NCBI GenBank assembly: GCA_951406725.2
Contig: OX597822.1
Coordinates: forward strand, 65,038,001-65,102,000
From: Octopus vulgaris
Taxonomy: Eukaryota
DNA: 64,000 nt
Direction of reading: 5' to 3'
In this document: piece by piece, positions 54,928 to 64,000 of the stretch
Numbering within the stretch: the stretch's first letter is position 1
How the letters are laid out: the number at the start of each line of letters is the position of its first letter
The notes under the pieces: generated by a model
Told to the model about the DNA's origin: nothing
Databases searched by the model: none
The model's input: only the letters and a program-made list of their open reading frames with translations
Position numbers and translations under genes: made by a program

Positions 54928-55445
54928 TTGGGTTGTTCGTGCCGATTTTTAAAGGAAAGAAAAAGGTCAATAAATACTTGCCATTACATTTTTAATCAAC
55001 CAAATATGAACCATTTTGTTCCACAACACGTTTTCATCTTTCCTGTAACTTGAAAATACCCTCTTCTCAGAATTGAGGTGGTTTCATGGAAAGAATTCAA
55101 CAAGGTATCTTTTTACGTCACTCAAGGAATTTAAATTTTTACCATTAAGACTATTCAGCAGATACCTGAATAAGTGGAAATTCGAAGGAGCAATATCTGG
55201 TGAATATGGAGGGTGGGGTAACACACTGCCGAGCTGCAGCAGTTTTTGTCTAGTTCCCAAAGCATCAAGTGCCAAAAGTGAACTTTCTTATCTTCCATTT
55301 TAAAGGGTTACATAATTAACACAGGTTATAGGAACATAAACCTTCTTCCACGAAAAGATAGTTTAAACTGTGTTGTAAATGGAGGTGTAGTCAAATCCTA
55401 TTTTATGGACTCTATAAATCGGCATGAACTTTCCGGACAACCCAA
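54928..55445 (-). mobile_element. Mariner deletion derivative with TIRs
   Basis: VLPHPPYSPDIAPSNFHLFRYLLNSLNGK; ends ttgggttgt..gtgccgattt and aaatcggcatgaactttccggacaacccaa|TA (left TIR has a short deletion). Confidence 0.88.
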
Positions 55446-56029
55446 TACATAATACCAGGCGAATGCCGGTAGATTACTGGTTAGAGCTATTCGTTTCCCA
55501 AGCGTAAGCTTGTGAGATCGATCTACTGCAGTACGTTGTGTTTATGATCAAAGCACTTTATTTTACGTTGCTCCAGTCTGCTCAGATAGCAAAAATGAGT
55601 TGTACCTGCAATTCAAAGAGCTAAGCTCGTCGCATTCTATGTCACACCTAATCTCTATGAGAACTATGTTAATGGTATGCGTGTCTCTGGAATGCTCAAC
55701 CACTTACAGGTTTAATTTAATGAATAGGCTGTCCCGTTGGTCGGAGCAACTGGACTCGAAGTCGTCGTCGTTACCGACAGAGTGTCAGTTATAAAACCAA
55801 ACGAAAATCTGAGGACAATTTATGTTGAATACACGATTGTAAGTTGGACATACACAACTATTGAGTTCAAAGAAAGCAAAGGTTAATTTATACTATCTCA
55901 TTCGAAAAAGCAACATTCCTACACAGATATGCATATATGCATACACATATGCATACATACACACACACACACATGCGCGCACACACGCACGTACATACAT
56001 ACATACGCGGAGTACATAAAACAGAGGAC

Positions 56030-56240
56030 AACTAATGAAGGGAATGTTCTTTATGTTGCATGTCTCTGTTTCTCTGTTTGCTTTTTTTCGTTGTTCGAAA
56101 AAAAAGTTCGTTTTCTACGTTTTTGTTTTTCATGTTCTCGTTTCTCGTTGTGTTTACGTTTGTTTTTTTGACGTCCTGTACCCATATATGCATGTATATA
56201 TACATATATATGTAGGTATGTACATATATGTATGTATACA

Positions 56241-56250
<10 letters not shown>
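56030..56250 (+). mobile_element. PLE-terminus-like repeat related to the arms of the 8897-9246 fold-back
   Basis: tcgtttctcgttg.gtt..cgt...gtcctgtac.ca..tatatgcatgtatatatacat shared; begins with ctaatgaaggg (possible decayed CTGATGAAGGG). Confidence 0.5.
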
Positions 56251-56282
<32 letters not shown>

Positions 56283-57009
56283 TATACACACATGCATATA
56301 TATATATGCATACGTACTTATATAAATATACATGCATATATATATATGTATGTATATACATATATATGTATGTATGTGTATATATATATATATGTATATA
56401 TGTGTATGTATGTGTGTGTATATATGTGTGTGTGTATGTATTTGTCTAGTATACAGAAGAGAGATTTGTAGTTTTAGCCATCCCCTGTCCAATTTAGAAG
56501 GAACCTTCAATAACTTAAGAATATATTGCATATGCTTTTCATTATATAACCTTTAAAGTAATTATCCGTATTCATGCCATTGGATATTCTATGCTATTTC
56601 CATAAGCTATTTCTTTTGTTAATTATGCAATATATTCTAGGCTAAAATAAATGCAACCTATATTTTTTTCTATATCTAGAATTTTACCCACTGATCTTGA
56701 AGCTGGAGTAGACTGTACATGTCGAAAATATCATTATATCAAATGATATAATATCATCTGTATGTATGTATGTATGTATGTATGTATGTATGTATGTGTG
56801 TATGTATGTATGTATGTATGTATGTATGTATGTATGTATGTATGTATGTATGTATGTAGGTATGTATCTATCTATCTATCTGTTACGTACGTACGTACGT
56901 ACCTACCTACATACATACATATCTATCTACGTACGTACCCGCCTACTTACCTATGTATGTATGTATGTATGTATGTATGTATGTATGTATGTATGTATGT
57001 ATGTATGTA

Positions 57010-57082
<73 letters not shown>

Positions 57083-57646
57083 GCTTATGTTTGCGGAGGT
57101 GTACGTATTTCTATGTGTGTGCGTGTGCGTGCATATGTACTTAGTTTTGTGTATGTTTATTTACGTGTATCTCAGTGCAAAATGCTGTCCTCAATCATCT
57201 GCAGTATTATTGGCCTCAAATGGGCCGAACTGAATGCAGATAAAGCGCAAGTAAAAAGAAAACGAACAGGTAATGCGGCTACGTAGCAAAATACCATAAG
57301 AAATAGATGTTGAAGGCTCTATAACACATAAGAAAAAATTTACATTCTTTACAATAAATGGAAGAGATAGTAGAGAGACGGAGGGAGAGAAACCCGGAGA
57401 GGAGAAAACATCAGGAGAAATGGAGAAGGGAGATAGATCCAAAGACATAAAAAAATAAAGATGAGAGAGAGAAATAAAAATGCAAACGATTTATTAATGA
57501 ATTAGAATTTGTTATTCTGAACAGCAACTAATTTTACATCCACAGTAAGATCTTACAGTAAGGAGATGATAGAAGATTGTCATCTACTTCTCCTGAATGC
57601 TGTGCTCATGTATACATGCATGTATGTAAGCTTACATACATGCCTT

Positions 57647-57727
<81 letters not shown>

Positions 57728-57987
57728 GTTTGAATGTATGTATATATACTTTTATAGAAGTATATGTGCATATATGTATACACATGATTATGTATATGTA
57801 TGATTGTGTATGTATATATATATATATATATGTATGTATACACACACGCACACACACACACACATATGTACATATTTAAATATATATAGTTAAATGTCTG
57901 TCTGTCTAACTGTCTTTCTCGTTATACATTTACAGAAAGTTATACATGCCTACATCTATATATGTATATATACCTATACAATAGAGG

Positions 57988-58024
<37 letters not shown>

Positions 58025-58038
58025 GTATGTATACGTAT

Positions 58039-58091
<53 letters not shown>

Positions 58092-58691
58092 TATATATAT
58101 ATGTTTTTTTTATTGATACATGTTTTGATACACATACATGCACACACTTTACAATGCATCTAGTTTACTCTATATCTGTATGGTTATGAGGCTATGCGTA
58201 TATAGATATATTAGTATATTGATATCCCCATATATACATACGTATGTACAATCATATAAATATAGATATCTTCCTCTGCCTTCTGCGATGTAATCAACTC
58301 CTAAAACGAATAAATGGAAAACCATAAACCACACCGCCGCACGCACGTACTGACAACCTCCCCACACACACACACACAAATACGAATAAACACAGATATA
58401 CACGTATGTCTACATTAAAATTCATTTCAGACCATCGAAAATTAAACTAAAGGCAAAATGAACGACAAATAAATAGATGAATAAATAAAAAGAAAAAAAA
58501 TGAAAAAAAAAATAAAGAAAAATAAAGAAAATCTGAAGATTATTTCTGAAGAATGCACTTATTCTTTGACATATTTCTGAGTCAGCTAAACATAAAGGTC
58601 AGTTTGTTTTTAATAAACACAAGCATACACACACACATATATATATATGCATATATGTATATATGTTTATATATGCATATATATGTGTATA

Positions 58692-58734
<43 letters not shown>

Positions 58735-58922
58735 GTATATATGTATATGTATATATATCTATGTATATATGTATATATATATGTATGTATGTACATGATA
58801 AAATAACTGTAGAATCATGCTAGACCGCAACAATTTTATTAGTATATGTAAATACTTGGGGATTACTGAACATCAAAGGGATTCTTTTGTGTGGAAGCTA
58901 ATCACTTTAACTTCTTTTACAT

Positions 58923-58975
<53 letters not shown>

Positions 58976-59369
58976 TCACACACATACACACATAGACGCA
59001 CACACAAACATGCACAGACATACATATGCACGCACATACATACGCATATACAGAGACACACACAGGACACAGACGAACACACATGGACACACATACATGT
59101 ACACATATAAGCACACAGGGACTCTCACAGGTGTACACACAGAGGCGCTCACGCACCTATCCACATACATACTAACTTACACATGCACATAGACACATAT
59201 ATATATATATACATATATATACATACATATATATATATATATATGCGTGTGTATTTATATGTATATGAGCTTGTGTTTATATGTTTGTGTGTGACTGAGT
59301 GTGTGTATGTATGTATATATATATATATGTATATATATATGTATATATATATATGTATATATATATATG

Positions 59370-59466
<97 letters not shown>

Positions 59467-60254
59467 TTGTGTGTGCGTGAGTGTGTGTGTGTGCACATAT
59501 ACATATTTATATTTATCTTTTTTGCTCAACTAATTTTCCAAAGTACTTCTAAGCTTTAAACTGCAAATCGCCTTTGAAAAAGAAAAAGAAATGAATAAAA
59601 AAAAACCTCCAAAACTAAGAAAACAACTAAAAACAAACGTAAAAATAAAGCAAAAAGTTTTACTTCAAATATATTAAACTTCAGTCGAAAATTGTTTTGC
59701 TGATTGGTCAATCATTCATGAAACGAATTTCAATCAAATTTTTGAATACCAATGGTTTCGTTTCTTTTTAAAAACTTTTTTGTTAAAGACTTTTAAAGAA
59801 AGAAAATGATCTTATATTGAATGTTTATGTCAGCGCTGATTATTAACGAACGCGTTATATTTAGCGAAGAAACTTAACCGGCATTCTTTATTAGGACATC
59901 TGTTTGGTTCAGCTTTCCGATTTTCAATTGATTCTGTAGTTTGCATACGTACGTGCATACATACATACATACATACATACATACATACATACATACATAC
60001 ATACATACATACATACATACATACATACATTCATTCATTCATACATACGTACTTTTATACAATCATAGATACATAGATACATACATATATACATACATAC
60101 ATATATACAAATATACATACATACGGAAACAAGTATATATATATGTGTGCGTGTGCGAGTGTGTGTGTTTTTCGTTAACAGATATAAATATACGTATACA
60201 AAATTCACACACACCCACACAAACACATATATATATATAGAGAGAGACGGATGC

Positions 60255-60665
60255 TCTTTTACTGTTTTACTTGTTTCAGCCATTTTGATTGTGGCCATGC
60301 TGGGGCACCGTCTTTAGTCGAGCAAATCGACCTCAGGACTTATTCTTTGTAAGCCTAGTACTTATTCTATCGGTCTCTTGCCAGACTGCTAAGTTACGGA
60401 GACGTAAACATACCAGCATCGTTTATCAAGCGATGTTGGGGGGACAAACACAGACACACAAACATATACACATATACACACATACATATATATATCTATA
60501 GATATATATGACGGGCTTCTTTCAGTTTCCGTTTACCAAATCCACTCTCAAGGCTTTAGTAGGCTCAAGGCTGTAGTAGAAGACACTTGCCCAAGGTGCC
60601 ACGCAGTGAGACTGAATACGGAACCATGTGGTTGGCAAGCAAGCTACTTACCACACAGCCACTCA
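60255..60665 (-). mobile_element. SINE family 1, full length
   Basis: Matches 25866-26272. Confidence 0.9.
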
Positions 60666-60671
60666 TAGATA

Positions 60672-60875
60672 TATTTCTTTATTGCCCACATGGGGCTAAA
60701 CATAGAGGGGACAAACAAGGACATACAAAGGGATTAATTCGATTACATCGACTCCAGTGATTAACTGGTACTTATTTAATCGACTCCGAAAGGATGAAAG
60801 GCAAAGTCGACCTCGGCGGAATTCGAATTCAGAACGTAACGGCATTTTGCTCGGCGTGCTACCGTTCCAGCCAGC
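60672..60875 (-). mobile_element. SINE family 2 monomer
   Basis: Same core as 2272-2503. Confidence 0.85.
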
Positions 60876-60912
60876 TAGATAGTTAGATAGCTACATAGAA
60901 AGGTAGACTGAG

Positions 60913-61005
<93 letters not shown>

Positions 61006-61395
61006 CATAGATAGATGAGTAGGCAATTGGTTAAAAGTTTGTCATGGTTTACAGTTGTAGTCTTTTACTGGTTTCAGCTCGAGGGCTGTGTCTCTGCTGG
61101 GCCATCGACTACGATGTGTTCATCTTCAAAATAGTAGATTATATGCAGAACAGAGTGGAAGAAAGAAAGGAAATAGGGGTAAAAGAGAGATCGAGAGGAA
61201 GAGAGAGGGGGAGATTACGCACGCGTGTGTGTATATGCACATGTGCGTATCTTTCTTTGCAGAAATACGTATACATATACACAGCACGCGCGCACACACA
61301 CATATATATACATACATATACGTATATTTATAATATACATATATATATGTATGTGTGTATGTGTGTATACATATATGTATGTATATATAAATATA

Positions 61396-61690
61396 TATAT
61401 AATATAATTCGAGACAAAACCACTATTTTAAAACCAAACAAGGAAAGACTTAATCAATACATAAAATTTTAATATAAATTAAATAAACCGCCACTACAAA
61501 TGTTTCATGTCTGCTACCGACAATCTTCAGGTGGATTTTCGATCTTCTAATCAGTATCAAATTGGTTTTAAAATAGTGGTTTTGTCTCGAATTATATTAT
61601 ATAATATTTTACTATAAAATTGGATTTAACCCTAAATCTGATTTTTCCCTGTAATTTTGGATTCATTCCCTAATATTTATTATAAATATA
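61396..61690 (-). mobile_element. Fold-back mini-element: perfect 42-bp inverted repeat around an HHR, with a one-sided extension
   Basis: 61396-61437 is the reverse complement of 61562-61603; extension to 61690; (TA)n on both sides. Confidence 0.85.
61491..61534 (-). ncRNA. Minimal type-I hammerhead ribozyme motif with canonical core
   Basis: Minus strand: CCAC-CTGAAGA-t-TGTC-ggtagca-GACA-t-GAAA-CATTTG-TA-GTGG; helix I CCAC/GTGG; helix II TGTC/GACA; GUA cleavage triplet. Confidence 0.82.
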
Positions 61691-61712
61691 TATATATATA
61701 GAGTATATATAT

Positions 61713-61800
<88 letters not shown>

Positions 61801-62489
61801 TACATATATGTACATGTATATATGTAGATGCATATTCAAAAACACGTTTATATACGGATATGTGTGTGTGTACAAGCACATTTATTCATATATATGAATA
61901 CATACACAAATGCATGCAGACACCTGCAGACTTGTTTGTGGATGCGTATGAAGTGTTTAATATCATGTGACCACAGTCTAAAATATATCTATGAATATGT
62001 GTGTTCATATACATACACATATGAACGCACATATATTCATACATATACCTATACATTCACACACACACACACACAAACACAAACACTTCTTATCTGCATT
62101 TCATAAACATTCATGATACATTTTTGCCACCTCACTATAAATGTCATCATGTGATTAAACATTAATAGCTACAGGATCAATAACTCCCGAGTATCGATAG
62201 CTTCATATGTCTGATAACTTTTAAACGCTTTAGGAAGTTCTTTTTTGAACATTCAATAGATGCAAAGTATACACAACAGTAGACGAGATACAGTACAAGA
62301 GTTATCACTTCGCGACTGGATCGATGCAATCGGATAACCAATCACTATAAAATTACTGATTTCTTTCTTCCTTCTTTCTTTTAGCTGTTCGAGCTATTGG
62401 TTTGCGGCCATTCTGTAACAGCGCCTTATTTTTTGTAGAACACCGTCTTTGCTTCACATGATGGTATGAAATAATCATATGTGTATGCA

Positions 62490-62546
<57 letters not shown>

Positions 62547-62579
62547 CCATATTTGCCCAGCTGGACTACTGAACTCGGC

Positions 62580-62745
62580 ACTTTATTTTTCATTCTCTCT
62601 CTGTTTCTTTCCTCTTATTCCTTTCTGTCGAAGAGCGAAAGCTCGAAACGTAAAAGGTTTTTCCATTTTTCTCGAGCGTGAAACTAATATACTTGTTTGC
62701 TGTTCCTACACCTTTTGCCCTTTTGCTTTTGCATAAATTTGAACT
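62580..62745 (+). mobile_element. PLE terminus family B
   Basis: Aligns with 13090-13270; within (TA)n. Confidence 0.7.
62620..62657 (+). ncRNA. Minimal type-I hammerhead motif (core variant CTGTCGA)
   Basis: CCTTT-CTGTCGA-A-GAGC-gaaa-GCTC-GAAA-CG-TA-AAAGG; helix I CCTTT/AAAGG is compensatory relative to TCTTT/AAAGA at 13134. Confidence 0.72.
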
Positions 62746-62749
62746 ATAT

Positions 62750-62821
<72 letters not shown>

Positions 62822-62951
62822 GTATGTACATGTATGTATATATATATATGTATATATGCATATACATACATATATATGTATGTGTATGTATGTATATATA
62901 TATATATACATACATACATACATATACACACACACATATATATATATATAT

Positions 62952-63178
62952 CACACACGCCAGCTTAATTTAATTCGTCCTTAGTCGAAAGACACCTGTT
63001 GTTATGTCCTGTTATTAGCTTTATTGCATTTGTGTAACGTCCGTTTTTTTTTCGTCCTTTTTTATATACATTCGCTGCTTTCTTCTAAGGAATCTAATGC
63101 TCTTAGCTTAGTTTTTCCTTGGAGCTGGCCAGATTGGAGCAATCTCATTTTAATCCTTACACAAATAAGCCGAAAACT
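62952..63178. mobile_element. Dispersed repeat family C, opposite orientation
   Basis: Reverse complement of 13455-13622 and 35340-35605. Confidence 0.7.
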
Positions 63179-63254
63179 TTCTCAACAACTATTATGGCAC
63201 CAAATGGTTGGTTAAAATAGGATGAGAAGAATTAAGGGCAGAATAGGAAAAAAA

Positions 63255-63290
<36 letters not shown>

Positions 63291-63502
63291 CAGAAGCGGA
63301 TGAATGAATGAATGAAAAAAAGGAAAATGAAAGTGAATAACACTAGGAGGGAAAAAGAGAAGATTAATGCTGATGAGGACGAGAGAGAGACGTGGACGAT
63401 GTTAATCGGAGAAACCCAGAAGAGAAACAGTTGCTCTGTGGAAGATTAGAGTGTTTAGAGACAACAGCGGAGAAATACTTGACGACCACTGGCTACACAA
63501 AA

Positions 63503-63543
63503 ATAAGCCGGCCACCACCGGCTTATGGTGGTGGCCGGCTTAT
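63503..63543. repeat. Perfect 17-bp GC-rich hairpin with 7-nt loop
   Basis: ataagccggccaccacc-ggcttat-ggtggtggccggcttat. Confidence 0.9.
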
Positions 63544-63607
63544 GGGAATGAAGACGAAGACATTGACGGCTGTGAAAGCGATGGTGGCGACGGGTATCGA
63601 AGGATAA

Positions 63608-63802
63608 GTTGTAGTAGTAGCAGTAATGGTGGGTAGTAATAGCAGTAGTAGCTGTAGCAGTAGTAGTATTAGTATTAGTAGTAGTGGTGGTGGTGGTGGT
63701 GGTGGGTAGTAGTAGCAGTAGCAATAGTGGCGGTAGTAGTAGGAGTAGGTAGTAGTAGTAGTAATAGTAGTAGTAGTAGTAGTAGTAGTAATAGTAGTAG
63801 TG

Positions 63803-63860
<58 letters not shown>

Positions 63861-63985
63861 ATGAAGAAGAAGAAGAAGAAGAAGAAGAAGAAGAAGAAGA
63901 AGAAGAAGAAGAAGAAGAAGAAGAAGAAGAAGAAGAAGAAGAAGAAGAAGAAGAAGAAGAAGAAGAAGAAGAAGAAGAAAAAGAA
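63608..63985. repeat. (TAG)n then (GAA)n microsatellites
   Basis: Direct reading. Confidence 0.95.
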
Positions 63986-64000
63986 GAATTTGATGACAAT

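Noticed and set aside
61625-61636. Telomere-like taaccctaa
   Set aside because: Single unit, expected by chance.

Overview
Repeat-saturated, AT-rich eukaryotic DNA with no recognisable host protein-coding exon; probably intronic or intergenic. The SINE families and extreme microsatellite load suggest an octopus genome (inference). Almost all ORFs in the track are microsatellite translations. Real content: (1) a 5'-truncated Penelope-like element (PLE) with an uninterrupted GIY-YIG endonuclease segment (11565-12236); (2) many short non-coding PLE-terminus-like modules inside (TA)n tracts, carrying eight minimal type-I hammerhead ribozyme (HHR) motifs (one degenerate) plus two half-motifs from several unrelated families, often arranged as fold-back cassettes with both 3' ends pointing outwards; (3) fragments of an element joining a tRNA-like Pol III head to an HHR core; (4) three tRNA-derived SINE families, one forming tandem multimers, one trimer having a 20-bp TSD; (5) L1/Tx1-like LINE remnants associated with (TATC)n and (TTC)n tracts, a CR1/L2-group fragment, and nested Tc1/mariner derivatives. 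All alignments and structures were read by eye; boundaries are approximate.
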